From assembly GCA_965655095.1 (NCBI GenBank), contig OZ296650.1:114266001-114330000 (forward strand): a stretch of 64,000 bases of DNA, in the 5' to 3' direction. This DNA comes from Haplodiscus bocki (Eukaryota). Positions 26,601 through 41,120 of this stretch are shown piece by piece; position 1 is the stretch's first letter, and every line of letters begins with the position of its first letter. The notes beneath the pieces are model-generated. The model worked only from the letters and a program-made list of their open reading frames with translations. It made no database searches and was not told the origin of the DNA. The position numbers and the translations under genes are program-made.

Positions 26601-29600
26601 GTCCTGAACAAAGGTTTTTTTTGGGGCGTGTTTGTCAGGTCAAAAACACAACTATCTTCGACAAGCAATTCCCGTCAGAAGATTCGAATTTGTTCAGTAT
26701 TTTTGGACGCTACTGTGGCAGTGGAAACCCATCAGTGGTAAGCGTATGAGACAATGGAGTACTCTTTTAGAAGATCTTTCCAAGACCTTGTTGAAATAGA
26801 CTACGACGAAATTCGTTGCGATGTTCCTGTCTCATCAGACGGGGAATCCGTTGACGATTTTCACCCGTTCAACATTCATGCTGACTGGTACAACTCGAGT
26901 TCGATTTTAAACTATATAGTTACAAACCGTGGAGAAAAGCGAGGAGTTCGAGCCCTCAGAATATCTGTAGAAACTGCTCACTCCCCGTGCATTGTCTTGG
27001 GTGTTTTGAAATTTTCGTACAATTTCCGAGGATTGACGCCCGATGTAACTGGAAGTCACGTACTTCTTTAAAATCGGGACGTAGGAGATAATGTTGTGAT
27101 AGAGAACGATGCTTTTATGATCACTCCTGATGAAAGTTTGGACTGAATTGAAAACGCTTGGCTGAGCAACAGTATTGTTGACGAAATGGTAGAATTTTTT
27201 ACTCTTTGTCGACTTTGGTGAGAGCTGCCTGCGTTTTAGCCTCAACTACACTGTTCCGCCAAAGAAAGTCTTTTTTAAACGCGTTGAGCCGCAGCAATTT
27301 CGATTCTGCAAAGACAACCGAAGTTTTCATCTTTGCATAGACCTTCAACTGCCCCAAGAAGTTGAGGGCACAATGTCCCCAGTTTTTGCCCAACATGTAC
27401 TATGAGCAAGCGGAAGATCTATTTGTATCTCAATGGCCCAACCAGTTCACCAAACATTCGGTGGACGATTTCTATTTCTCACATTGATGCGAAGATGGAG
27501 AAGAGAGGGAATCTAATCCATTCACAACGGCACGGAAGTCCCTTCAGATGCAGTCAAACTTACTAGAGAGCCTACAAAACTTTTGTAAATGTTAAGGCCA
27601 AGGCGGTCGGGCCTTCTCTGGAACTTTTTGTGTGTTCGTGTTTAGAAATGTTACAACATAATAGTTCGTGTTTTGCGTTTCAGCAATGAGGTGAACGAGC
27701 ATTCTTCGTTGGGAAAGAATGACTATTGGAGTTGAGATTCAGTTTATACATCCAAGGAGTGCATTGTAAAGAGTTGTGTTCAATAGGTTTTTTTCCAAGT
27801 GAGTGTGTCTGTTGAAAAAACATGAGCTTGAGTTGGTATGTTGTGTAATTCGAAAGAGTTCAAGAGAAGAGACGAAGAAGGTCAGATTTGCCTGGTTGCT
27901 AACCTAATAAGCCCTCAACTTTGAATGGAAAATGCCCCCACAAGCTGACGAAAGGAGCCACAATAAATGGCCGGACAATTCGAATCCGCGAAACCATTGG
28001 TTTCGATTGCGGGTGAACTTCTACGAAGTTTTGCAACATACATTGGTCTCGGGTAGTTTAAAGCTCTCTTTGAGTGTGGCCCTTGTTACCGCGAAAGCCA
28101 TTATTTTTTCACAATCTAAGACTTGACCGGTTTCTCGACGCTGTTGGTTTCCGTGAAGACCACGACTGAACCTTCAGGTATCATTATATAGTTTGCCGTT
28201 TGAATTTAACCGAGCATTAGAAGTGGCCTTGATATTGGAGTCCATGGGAGCCTCGATTTCGCCGGGACATCGTCTTTCAACAAAAAAGCAGCCTACTTCT
28301 CAGTCTACAGCTTTCTACTTGTAGAAGATTTTTCTATTGAAAAATCGTTGATTCTGTTCCCTGCATTGGACTTCTGTTCGGCCGAAATTTCTAAAAATGC
28401 TTTCAGAATTGAAAATTCTCGTTTTTCAGACGCCTTCTTTGAAAATGACCGACTTGATTTCATCCATCAATGTAATATTTAACAGCTTTTTATTTTTTCA
28501 GGTGGATATTCGCATCGAAAATCATCGATTTTCTGACAAGCATCAGAATCTTGATAGACCGAAAAAGCTGAAGTGTATTTGTAAATGTCACCTCTTTTAT
28601 CCGGTCTCAATTCTCAAAAGCCGGGTGCGTGTTAGCTATCATCAGGGCCTCCCTCGACAACTTTTTACTGTGTCAAAGCTGTCTCTGTGAAAAATTTTTG
28701 ATACACGTTCGAGGAATCATTTCTGGACCCTTCTGAGGAAAAATATCGCACAGGTACCGCGCCTCTCGTTCCATATATTCCAACGAAAAACTCGTTGTCT
28801 ACGATTTTGATCTAGGCGAAAACAACGAACCAAAATGGAACTCCTGGAATGCTCAATGAGTTTTCATTTAGGCTTTTTAGTTGGGTATAGGCTCTAAAAG
28901 GATACAACCGCCAGTAAACTACCTAGTTTACAATCACCAATTGTCGTCGTTTGAAGACAGTTTTAAAGAACAATGAATTCTTCCAACAGTTCAACTCCTT
29001 AACCTCAGTCATTCATTTCATTACACTCACTCTAGGGGCTGGAGTTTTTCAACAACGGCTGTGTGCATAAATATGACTGCGTTTATACGCTTGTGTAAAT
29101 TTTTCATTTGGGTTTTTATCCTCGCGTGTTCATTTGGCCAGCAAGTTGGCTATTATAATTTTCAGTGCCCTCAGGGCCAACTGAATTGACTGAAAAATAC
29201 CAGACCGCTATATTTTCAACAGTCCGTAAACAACTTGCTCCAGCTCATTGCAGTACGGCTTTTCAAAAGAACAGCCACTGGAAAATATGATTCACCTCAT
29301 CTCCGGAATGTTAGCAGTTTCACAAAAATTTCAACTTCAGATCAACAAAAACATCCATTTTCTTAGTAGCAATCTGGTACAGGATATGTCAGATCTGCAA
29401 CAAGCAACAACTTGCCAATCCAACTCAAGCAACCCGAAACGACCTTTCGATGTTGGTTCCTCTCCAATTTCATTCCAATGGTTTTTTATAAAACAAAACT
29501 CGTAAACATTGTTAATGCTATGGAATTGGGGATGGCACCTCTTCTTCCCCCTACTTACAACGCCTGTATTCATCCTCGCTCATGCCTATGAAGATGTTTG

Positions 29601-32600
29601 ATTTTCTTACCGATTCGCGACAGTCTGAAAAAAAGTTTTTCGAATGAGTGCTTCACAAAAATAGCTTGCAGTCAGTTTGCATGTAAAATTTAAAAAGCCT
29701 AATTAGCTTTGATAGAAACCTCAATATATGCTGTTTTACCAATTGTTGCTCACTAGACAAAATCAAAATCATACGCTCCTGTAAAAAAATGTGCAGCGTC
29801 AAAAGTTACGAAAGCGAAAGTTTTTCCAGCAGTGCGAACCATTAGTAAACCACAACCGAATAATACAGGAATTCTGTCTTTGTCGCGATCAAAGGCTTTT
29901 CTATGTCCATAGGACCTTGTATAAATTTTGCAGCACGCAAAATGGCTAACGTGGAAAGAGTTCGTGTTACGCGAATCTTTCTCCTGCCTCATTAAGAGCT
30001 CGTCTGATTGCATGTTGTCTTTTTCTTGGCCCAGCTAAAGCCAGTTTTGGGTGCAAAGGGACCTGTTAAAAGTACGTAGCGTGCGAATTGTCTGAATTGG
30101 AGTATTTTGCGTCACGCGAATCTTCTGACTAATTTAAAGCAGAAATGGCTGCATTTTTTTGCCCAGCCAAAGCTAAGTGTGTGTACCTGGGGCACTGTGA
30201 AAATTATGTACCGTGCAGTGGCTGGACTGCAAGAAGCTCGCGTTATGCGATTCTACGTCCTGCATGATTTAAATCATTTCCTATTGCATCTCATCTGTAT
30301 TTTTGCCCCAACCGAAGCCAGTCTTATCCATATAGGGCCCTATAAAAAGTGTGAAGTGCGAATAGTTTCGATTAAAAAAATATTCGCGCTACGAGAACTC
30401 TACTCCATCCTCTTTCGTAAAGCACAAATAGTTGCGTTTTGTCGTTTTTTGTGTGAACCACAGCCATTCTTGTGTGTTTAGGGCCTTGTAAATTGTGTAT
30501 AGCCAAATTGGCTGTGGTGGAATTTTCAGAACTTCAAGGGTTGCCTCAACTCTGCAGAGTGACTTTGAAAGAGTTCTAAAACTTGTATTTCCAGTTTCTC
30601 CTTTTCCGCAACGAACGAGACGTCCATCAAGTTCTCTTTGACCACTAAAAACGAGGCCTCCTGTCGCACCGACACAATATCTAGTGAATTCACCTAAAAG
30701 GGTCCTGAACAAAGGTTTTTTTTGGGGCGTGTTTGTCAGGTCAAAAACACAACTATCTTCGACAAGCAATTCCCGTCAGAAGATTCGAATTTGTTCAGTA
30801 TTTTTGGACGCTACTGTGGCAGTGGAAACCCATCAGTGGTAAGCGTATGAGACAATGGAGTACTCTTTTAGAAGATCTTTCCAAGACGTTGTTGAAATAG
30901 ACTACGACGAAATTCTGTGCGATGTTCCTGTCTCATCAGACGGGGAATCCGTTGACGATTTTCACCCGTTCAACATTCATGCTGACTGGAACAACTCGAG
31001 TTCGATTTTAAACTATATAGTTACAAACCGTGGAGAAAAGCGAGGAGTTCGAGCCCTCAGAATATCTGTAGAAACTGCTCACTCCCCGTGCATTGTCTTG
31101 GGTGTTATGAAATTTTCGTACAATTTCCGAGGATTGACGCCCGATGTAACTGGAAGTCACGTACTTCTTTAAAATCGGGACGTAGGAGATAATGTTGTGA
31201 TAGAGAACGATGCTTTTATGATCACTCCTGATGAAAGTTTGGACTGAATTGAAAACGCTTGGCTGAGCAACAGTATTGTTGACGAAATGTTAGAATTTTT
31301 TACTGTTTGTCGATTTTGGTGAGAGCTGCCTGCGTTTTGGCCTCAACGACACTGTTCCGCCAAAGAAAGTCTTTTCTAAACGCGGCGAGCCGCAGCAGTT
31401 TCGATTCTGCAAAGACAATCGAAGTTTCCGTCTTTACAGAGACCTTCAACTGCCCCAAGCAATTGAGGGCACTATGTCCCCAGTTTTTGCCCAACATGTA
31501 CTATGAGCAAGCGGAAGATCTATTTGTATCTCAATGGCCCAACCAGTTCACCAAACATTCGGTGGACGATTTCTATTTCTCACATTGAGGCGAAGATGGA
31601 GAAGAGAGGGAATCTAATCCATTGATAACGGCACGGAAGGTCCCTTCAGATGCAGTCAAACTTACTAGAGAGCCTACAAAACCCTTGTAAATGTAAAGGC
31701 CAAGGCGGTCGGGCCTTTTCTGGACCTTTTCGTGTGTTTGTGTTTAGAAATGTTGCAACATAATAGTTTGTGCTTTGCATTTCAGCAATGAGGTGAACGA
31801 GCATTCTTCTTTGGGAAAGAATGACTATTGGAGTTGAGATTCAGTTTATACATCCAAGGAGTGCATTTTAAAGTGTTGTGTTCAATAGGTTTTTTTCCAA
31901 GTGAGTGTGTCTGTTGAAAAAACATGAGCTTGAGTTGGTATGTTGTGTAATTCGAAAGAGTTCAAGAGAAGAGACGAAGGTCAGATTTGCCTGGTTGCTA
32001 ACCTAATAAGCCCTCAACTTTGAATGGAAAATGCCCCCACAAGCTGACGAAAGGAGCCACAATAAATGGCCGGACAATTCGAATCCGCGAAACCATTGGT
32101 TTCGATTGCGGGTGAACTTCTACGAAGTTTTGCAACATACATTGGTCTCGGGTAGTTTAAAGCTCTCTTTGAGTGTGGCCCTTGTTACCGCGAAAGCCAT
32201 TATTTTTTCACAATCTAAGACTTGACCGGTTTCTCGACGCTGTTGGTTTCCGTGAAGACCACGACTGAACCTTCAGGTATCATTATATAGTTTGCCGTTT
32301 GAATTTAACCGAGCATTAGAAGTGGCCTTGATATTGGAGTCCATGGGAGCCTCGATTTCGCCGGGACATCGTCTTTCAACAAAAAAGCAGCCTACTTCTC
32401 AGTCTACAGCTTTCTACTTGTAGAAGATTTTTCTATTGAAAAATCGTTGATTCTGTTCCCTGCATTGGACTTCTGTTCGGCCGAAATTTCTAAAAATGCT
32501 TTCAGAATTGAAAATTCTCGTTTTTCAGACGCCTTCTTTGAAAATGACCGACTTGATTTCATCCATCAATGTAATATTTAACAGCTTTTTATTTTTTCAG

Positions 32601-35600
32601 GTGGATATTCGCATCGAAAATCATCGATTTTCTGACAAGCATCAGAATCTTGATAGACCGAAAAAGCTGAAGTGTATTTGTAAATGTCACCTCTTTTATC
32701 CGGTCTCAATTCTCAAAAGCCGGGTGCGTGTTAGCTATCATCAGGGCCTCCCTCGACAACTTTTTACTGTGTCAAAGCTGTCTCTGTGAAAAATTTTTGA
32801 TACACGTTCGAGGAATCATTTCTGGACCCTTCTGAGGAAAAATATCGCACAGGTACCGCGCCTCTCGTTCCATATATTCCAACGAAAAACTCGTTGTCTA
32901 CGATTTTGATCTAGGCGAAAACAACGAACCAAAATGGAACTCCTGGAATGCTCAATGAGTTTTCATTTAGGCTTTTTAGTTGGGTATAGGCTCTAAAAGG
33001 ATACAACCGCCAGTAAACTACCTAGTTTACAATCACCAATTGTCGTCGTTTGAAGACAGTTTTAAAGAACAATGAATTCTTCCAACAGTTCAACTCCTTA
33101 ACCTCAGTCATTCATTTCATTACACTCACTCTAGGGGCTGGAGTTTTTCAACAACGGCTGTGTGCATAAATATGACTGCGTTTATACGCTTGTGTAAATT
33201 TTTCATTTGGGTTTTTATCCTCGCGTGTTCATTTGGCCAGCAAGTTGGCTATTATAATTTTCAGTGCCCTCAGGGCCAACTGAATTGACTGAAAAATACC
33301 AGACCGCTATATTTTCAACAGTCCGTAAACAACTTGCTCCAGCTCATTGCAGTACGGCTTTTCAAAAGAACAGCCACTGGAAAATATGATTCACCTCATC
33401 TCCGGAATGTTAGCAGTTTCACAAAAATTTCAACTTCAGATCAACAAAAACATCCATTTTCTTAGTAGCAATCTGGTACAGGATATGTCAGATCTGCAAC
33501 AAGCAACAACTTGCCAATCCAACTCAAGCAACCCGAAACGACCTTTCGATGTTGGTTCCTCTCCAATTTCATTCCAATGGTTTTTTATAAAACAAAACTC
33601 GTAAACATTGTTAATGCTATGGAATTGGGGATGGCACCTCTTCTTCCCCCTACTTACAACGCCTGTATTCATCCTCGCTCATGCCTATGAAGATGTTTGA
33701 TTTTCTTACCGATTCGCGACAGTCTGAAAAAAAGTTTTTCGAATGAGTGCTTCACAAAAATAGCTTGCAGTCAGTTTGCATGTAAAATTTAAAAAGCCTA
33801 ATTAGCTTTGATAGAAACCTCAATATATGCTGTTTTACCAATTGTTGCTCACTAGACAAAATCAAAATCATACGCTCCTGTAAAAAAATGTGCAGCGTCA
33901 AAAGTTACGAAAGCGAAAGTTTTTCCAGCAGTGCGAACCATTAGTAAACCACAACCGAATAATACAGGAATTCTGTCTTTGTCGCGATCAAAGGCTTTTC
34001 TATGTCCATAGGACCTTGTATAAATTTTGCAGCACGCAAAATGGCTAACGTGGAAAGAGTTCGTGTTACGCGAATCTTTCTCCTGCCTCATTAAGAGCTC
34101 GTCTGATTGCATGTTGTCTTTTTCTTGGCCCAGCTAAAGCCAGTTTTGGGTGCAAAGGGACCTGGTAAAAGTACGTAGCGTGCGAATTGTCTGAATTGGA
34201 GTATTTTTTGTCACGCGAATCTTCTGACTATTTTAAAGCACAAATGGCTGCATTTTTTTGCCCAGCCAAAGCTAAGTTTGTGTACCTGGGGCACTGTAAA
34301 AATTATGTACCGTGCAGTGGCTGGACTGCAAGAAGCTCGCGTTATGCGAGTCTATGTCCTGCATGATTTAAATCCTTTCCTATTGCATCTCATCTTTGTT
34401 TGTGCCCCAACCGAAGCCAGTCTTATCCATATAGGGCCCTATAAAAAGTGTGAAGTGCGAATAGTTTCGATTAAAAAAATATTCGCGCTACGAGAACTCT
34501 ACTCCATCCTCTTTCGTAAAGCACAAATAGTTGCGTTTTGTCGTTTTTTGTCTGAACCACAGCCATTCTTGTGTCTTTAGGGCCTTGTAAATTGTGTATA
34601 GACAAATTGGCTGCGGTGTAATTTTGAGAACTGCAAGGGCTGCCTCAACTCTGCAGAGTAACTTTGAAAGAGTTCTAAAACTTGTATTTCCAGTTTCTCC
34701 ACTTCCGCAACGAACGAGACGCCCATCAAGTTCTCTTTGACCACTAAAAACGAGGCCTACTGTCGCACCGACATAATATCTTGTGAATTCACCTAAGAGG
34801 GTCAGGAACAAAAGTTTTTTTTGGCGTGTTTGTCAGGTCAAAAACACAACTATCTTCGACAAGCAATTCCTGTCAGAATATTCGAATATGTTCAGTGTTT
34901 TTGGACGCTACTGTGGCAGTGGAAACCCATCAGTGGTAAGCGTATGAGACAATGGAGTACTCTTTTAGAAGATCTTTCCAAGACGTTGTTGAAATAGACT
35001 ACGACGAAATTCGTTGCGATGTTCCTGTCTCATCAGACGCGGAATCCGTTGACGATTTTCACCCGTTCAACATTCATGCTGACTGGTACAACTCGAGTTC
35101 GATTTTAAACTATATAGTTACAAACCGTGGAGAAAAGCGAGGAGTTCGAGCCCTCAGAATATCTGTAGAAACTGCTGACTCCCCGTCCATTGTCTTGGGT
35201 GTTGTGAAATTTTCGTACAATTTCCGAGGATTGACGCCCGATGTAACTGGAAGTCACGTACTTCTTTAAAATCGGGACGTAGGAGGTAATGTGGTGATAG
35301 AGAACGATGCTTTTATGATCACTCCTGATGAAAGTTTGGACTGAATTGAAAACGCTTGGCTGAGCAACAGTATTGTTGACGAAATGTTAGAATTTTTTAC
35401 TGTTTGTCGACTTTGGTTAGAGCTGCCTGCGTTTTGGCCTCAACGACACTGTTCCGCCAAAGAAAGTCTTTTTCAAACGCCACGAGCCGCAGCAATTTCG
35501 ATTCTGCAAAAACAATCGAAGTTTTCATCTTTGCAGAGACCTTCAACTGCCCCAAGAAATTGAGAGCACTATGTCCCCAGCTTTTGCCCAACATGTACTA

Positions 35601-36014
35601 TGAGCAAGCGGAAGATCTTTTTGTATCTCAATGGCCCAACCAGTTCACCAAACATTCGGTGGACGATTTCTATTTCTCACATTGTGGCGAAGATGGAGAA
35701 GAGAGGGAATGTAATCCATTGATAACGGCACGGACGTTCCCTTCAGATGCAGTCAAACTTACTAGAGAGCCTACAAAACTTTTGTAAATGTTAAGGCCAA
35801 GGCGGTCGGGCCTTCTCTGGAACTTTTTGTGTGTTCGTGTTTAGAAATGTTACAACATAATAGTTCGTGTTTTGCGTTTCAGCAATGAGGTGAACGAGCA
35901 TTCTTCGTTGGGAAAGAATGACTATTGGAGTTGAGATTCAGTTTATACATCCAAGGAGTGCATTGTAAAGAGTTGTGTTCAATAGGTTTTTTTCCAAGTG
36001 AGTGTGTCTGTTGA
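20107..36014. repeat. Tandem segmental array A-B-A-B-A-B-A (A about 3.6 kb x4, B about 0.48 kb x3; period about 4.1 kb)
   Basis: A copies start with ttctcagtctacagc at 20107, 24196, 28297 and 32396 and end with gtgtctgttga at 23714, 27815, 31917 and 36014. B lies at 23715-24195, 27816-28296 and 31918-32395. Identical ORFs recur at about 4.1-kb offsets in the ORF track. Confidence 0.97.
22653..23490 (+). pseudogene. Decayed unknown coding sequence inside array unit A (copies start at 26754, 30855, 34952)
   Basis: MEYSFRRSFQDLVEIDYDEIRC... continues in frame through isolated stops (NRDVGDNVVIENDAFMITPDESLD*IENAWLSNSIVDEM...). No recognisable domain. It is contiguous with the Polinton remnants to the right. 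Confidence 0.4.
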
Positions 36015-37699
36015 GTGTGTAGATGACTTGTACAAAGTCTGCTGCTTTGACGGAATTAGAGGAGGGCAGAAAGCACACTATCTTTTGAAACTTTTGAATC
36101 TGATTTCCACGGGTGTCCATCCTCCTATCCCGATCGGAGTGAGATCAACTGAAAGTGTACTGGTTGCACAATGCGTGATTTGCATGCGACTACAGTTTTG
36201 GACCGAATGAATTTGTTCACAATGCAACTTAAAATTGAAAACGTTGTCACTACAACCGACACTTCGAAGTTTGCGGTTGATGAGTATTTTTACGTTTGGG
36301 AATGCGACTTCAGCAGACTTGTTGATTTAGTTAACATTGAGTCACAAACAGTGCACAATCATTGAGACTTTGTGAAAATGAGTTCACCCTCTACATCGGC
36401 CAAAAGACTGAAAGCAGCGATTAAGGACGCAACGACCATCGAAAAGATTTTTTAAGCAGCGTGGTAGTTGGGGGAAAGTGACTCAGTGTAAAGCTAACAA
36501 TCTTTTCAGACTGCAACAAATTGTAGAGGATGTTAAACTACTGTTAACTTGAACCACGGGAAGCATTTATCGGAGGGAAAACAAAATTTTCTGATGGATT
36601 GGTCGCCAAAAAAGCAATCACAATCCAGAATTTTTTGGCTGTTTGTTCTTTGTAACCCTGCGTAACTTCACGGTCCGTGTACCCTCTGGGTCGTCCGGAT
36701 CTGAGACTGGTTGCCGCAGAGCAACTAAATCAGGCCAGAAGGAACTCCCAACTAGACAACCTGGAAGTTCCCTCCCCAACCAAGGAACTTTTATTCTAGT
36801 GACAATCCAGTTGAACTAGTTCGATTCGAATTCATGACTCGAGAGGAACGATTTCTTAAGTTACCGCGCTCTTTTCCTTTTACCCTTGAAGCAGATGAGA
36901 CAGCTGAAACCTAAATCCACGGCTCAACAGAAATATTGAAATTTTTATCTCAATTTTTCCTTCTACTTTTGTTGAATCCCAATTGTTGAAAGAAGATCTG
37001 CTTTGTCTAATCAAATGAGAAGTGTGTTTCCTTGGACTTACTATACGTCTTCTTCCACTCTAATATCACTTTAAGATGTTTTTTGCCGCCCATGCGTAGA
37101 AGAAAGGAGTTTGGTCTATCGTAATCTGCAACTGACTTCAAAGAAGTGTTTCCACTCGCAGTAGAATGAACGGATTTTTTGGGGGTGCGTTTACGACACC
37201 ACAAATGAAAGTTGCTTTGGAAAACAGAAGTTTTTTTGGCAATGTTGCTGAAATTTGAAGCTGGTCGATAAACATAAGGTACATGTCTTTGTTCACAGTG
37301 TATATAAACACCTTTCTGAAAAATAGAATTAAGGTGTCTGAAAGGTTTAAGTTGAATTGTTGTGGTTCCCAAAACAACGATGCGCGTGACAATCATCTAT
37401 GCGACCATAAATGGGCGTGTTCGATGGAACTGAAGGCATCTTTCTCCAACCTCTGAAGCAGTAATCAGTCTCGACCCTCTCAGGTCTACAAAAATTGAGG
37501 GTTTAAAGTGTGTTGCAAAAGTTCTACCGAATAGCTTCTGGAGTTATAACAGGATGCGGCATAATATGCCTAAAACGATTTATGTAGTTAACTATCGCGA
37601 ACTTTGTGAATACTTCACGTCTAGGTTGAAACACGAGACAGATGCAACTCTAGTTGGTGATGATCTCATGCTTTTACAGTATCAGCTGATGGGCGATGC

Positions 37700-38620
37700 T
37701 GCCGACGATCCTCAAAAAAACAAATGTTGCTCCGGCAGATTTCACAACATCACATACCAGAATAAATGTCAACATGCAAATTGAGAAGAATTCGAGAAAT
37801 ATACTACTGCGATACTAACGGTAATATGTGTTTCAACGATAACGATGCGTCCGAGTGCCCCGATATTCCTGTTGGTAGTGGTCTGGGCGAGATAATGATT
37901 CCACATTTGACGTATTGACTGACAATACTTCGAGCGCTGCGCCCAACTTTTTTGTCTATCGGTACACATTGTTCATTCGTGGAATGCTTTTTCAAAGTGA
38001 AGGGCGTTGCGCTAAGCAGAGCTACTTGAAGAACTTCAGTCGCTGCTTGGGGACCGGTTGGATTAAAACAAGATATTGCTAGAGCGCAGTGTGACCAGCA
38101 GCAAATGTGATTTTGAAATCGCCTCTTGTAGCTCAAGGCCTTTTCGTTTTGTAAACCAGCTCTGTTAATATTTAATTTTCCATTACCGACTACTTGTCAA
38201 GTCGAGCTGAATATTCAAGGTTTCTATTGACCTTAGTTTGAGAGAAAATCACAGTGCTTAATTTAGATGAAGTTAATCGCAGAGACAAACTAGTTGTCTC
38301 GTCTTTTTTATTATGGAGAAAATTATGTGGACTTGCGGCGCAATTGTTTCTCCATTCATGCAACTTTTGTGTTTTATCCGAAGAAAAATTTTGAAGGAAA
38401 AGCTGTCGAACACTGTTCGTGCGTTCGACAGAAACTACAGGCTATTTTGGTAGGAAAAACGTGAATTTTCCGATACTGCAAGCAGTGCAAATACAAAAAT
38501 GGTGGTGTTATTTTGTATTGGAAGCTTCCCTGGACAATCAGAATGGCCGATTTGCCGCTGATAAGTGTTATATTCTTCCTGATCCCCGCGGTTGGTCCGC
38601 GACTGATAATCACATTCATA
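37700..38620 (-). pseudogene. Polinton packaging ATPase remnant (copy 1)
   Basis: Frameshifted Walker A-like IISRGP..GSG, then NVYR.TKKLG, LSVNTSNV, NIGALGRI and LHVDIYSG...RSNI, following the A32-like motif order. Confidence 0.55.
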
Positions 38621-39929
38621 TTCTTGTCATCGCCCCACAAACAGTTGGTTTTTCTTGATACTGATCCAAAAATTGGCCTTCATACTAGGAATGTAGAGGA
38701 GTTAGAAATCACTCCGTTTGAAGAAGCTGGTGTGGAGATGGAGGAGGCTGACATTGACGACGCAAAAGGTGGATAGAATCGTACAAACTCATCTAAAACA
38801 AAGCGGTAAAGTTTGAGGAGACCATTCAGTCAGGAATAACGGGTCCCAGGAAAAATATGACTGCATGCGGAGTAAGCAGAAGGCAGTGGCGACAATGACG
38901 TTTTCTTAACTGGAGAACTGTCATTAGGCGACTCGAAGGATTAGTTCGGGTAGTCCAACGTTTTTTTCGTGTGAAGACTTGGGAGATTTCCAATTCATCC
39001 AACAAAGGTATGGTGTCCATACTCAATCCTTAGTAGTTTCCTGTCCTGTATGAATGATGGCTTCACTTCGCTAGAAGGCGACACTTTCCAAAGTAATGAT
39101 GGAGTAGAGCTGGGAGCACAGCCGACTATATAGATAGGGACTTGTACCCAATGCGTTCTCCTAGGTTAAGAGCAAATGCTTTGTGGGACTTTCATTGTGT
39201 AGTGTCACGAGCAACCGTAGAGTGATTATGTCGAGAGAATACCCGATGATGTATGAAAAAAAACTCGTGTCAGGGCTTAATGTATCGCTTTAATTTTTTC
39301 AATTTTATGTTTGATGCTGTGGTTTGATTTGATGTGGTTTGTTTAATATAAATAGGGGACTGCAGTCGTTAGTTTCTTAACATCTTGTTTCTTGCCCATT
39401 CTTTTCGTTTTTTTTCTCGTTCCGGAAGTATGCTGTACCTCTCAATCACAAACATTGAAACGTTTTTTGAAATAGCTCGAAATTTCATAAACATATTACT
39501 GAAGATAGCTTTGACTTTTTAGTTGAACTCAATTGACTACTAGTTGAACGAGACGTGATATTTGGAGGGACCTCAAGCAATCGCGATGAAACGCTGATCT
39601 TTAACAAAATTCCCTACCGACAATTTGCGCTATCCTGAGCCATTTATAGTTCAGTCATCGACCTTTTTGGGTCTTCTTCTCGTGGAGTCAAACAGTTGTT
39701 CTTGCATTTGGCTTTGTGAGGATTGTGCAGGTAACAAGGTACTTAAGTGTTTTGAGTTGTCCCACACGGTCTCGTTGCGGTGGAATAATGGGACCCGGAT
39801 TGGCGTCGATTATGCATTCTGTCTTTTCTTCAATATATTAATTTACATGCTGTGTTTCATGATGCCTCTGGTCACTTCTGTCGGACCCACAATTGTACCA
39901 GGTTATAATTATGTGATAAACTTACCGTT

Positions 39930-41120
39930 TCCTCCGAATTAACTCTGGCTGGGACATGTAATAGACGTAGTCTTCTTCCTCTGATGAGAATCAGAATTTT
40001 TCAATGGCAGGGAAATTTTGTGCCGGCATTGAAGTGACAATCAACGGAAACAGCGTTCTTTTTGAAAAGGTTTCTTACGAATTTACTGCTAGTGTTCCCT
40101 TATCCGTTTCTTTGAGAGTCAATTCTCAAGTCACCAAAATCGTTTTGGCAAACATGAAACAATTCTGGCAAACTTATCTTCAATCCTCTTATCCTAAAGT
40201 TAGCTTGGTAAGAGAATGCTCATAAGTGGGTTTCTGAAAGAACTCCAATAGATGATTCAGGACAGGTCACTTCTTGAACTGGGACGAGTATTGCAGCCTA
40301 GTGAAAAGCAAACCATTAGCCCTAATTGAGATAATATTTCGGAAGTACATTGATTTACAGTCATGAGAAAGCCGCTGAAACCAGCGCAACTTCTGTCATC
40401 ATGGCCGACCTTCCCAAGTTTTGATGTCCAGTTTTTGTATATGACAGCCTTTTAACCAGCGTGTATCTGGGAACCCTCAATAACATAATAATCTGCCCGC
40501 TTATGGGAAACAGTATGATTTACCAAGATATCCTTCAGAACCTGAATTAATGTTTTGGACGCGCACGCGACTTGTCATCAAACTGATCTCAAATCTCTAA
40601 CCAATAAATGAAAATCTCGGGGTTTGCTTTAGGCAGCTCCGGCTGTGCTGATGGCATGTTGAGAAGTGATCAGGCATCTTTTTCTAGCCATCTTTGCAAC
40701 AATGAACGGTCTACTGCTTATCAGCAAGTGCTACTGCCAATGGCCTAAAGCGATTTCAACTTAACGCGGGATCTCGATCGCTCCAGCCAAGTTTGATCCG
40801 ACAACTTATTCACTTTTGCTGGAGGTCGATCATTATCATCTGGCGCTCTAAACACCAATAACGCTCACATCCTACCGAGACCAATCCGAGGTGAATGTAT
40901 ATGATACCTTCATAGATGAAAACATGAGGGGCTCTGATGCAGAAAGCGATGCTCGTAACACAAGCGCACAATTAGAACCTTTCGAATGGTGGGTGAAAAA
41001 TGGGTTGAATTCAATAGTGGTTAGAATTGTGGGACCATTTCCCACGCACTTAGCAACCAGGAATGTAATTGCACACCCGAGATTTAGTATGCAGCCAACA
41101 ATGTTCCACGAAAACAACTT
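39930..41120 (-). pseudogene. Polinton-type (c-integrase) integrase remnant
   Basis: GCILNL...SYTFT, MIDL-AKVNKLSDQ (cf. DLAxVDKLxxxN), GDLRI...DKG, and terminal YMSQPELIR (cf. FYxxELxKV). Confidence 0.6.

Noticed and set aside
39030-39130. Possible Polinton minor capsid start (IITLES on -)
   Set aside because: No downstream penton motifs are recognisable; too short to support.
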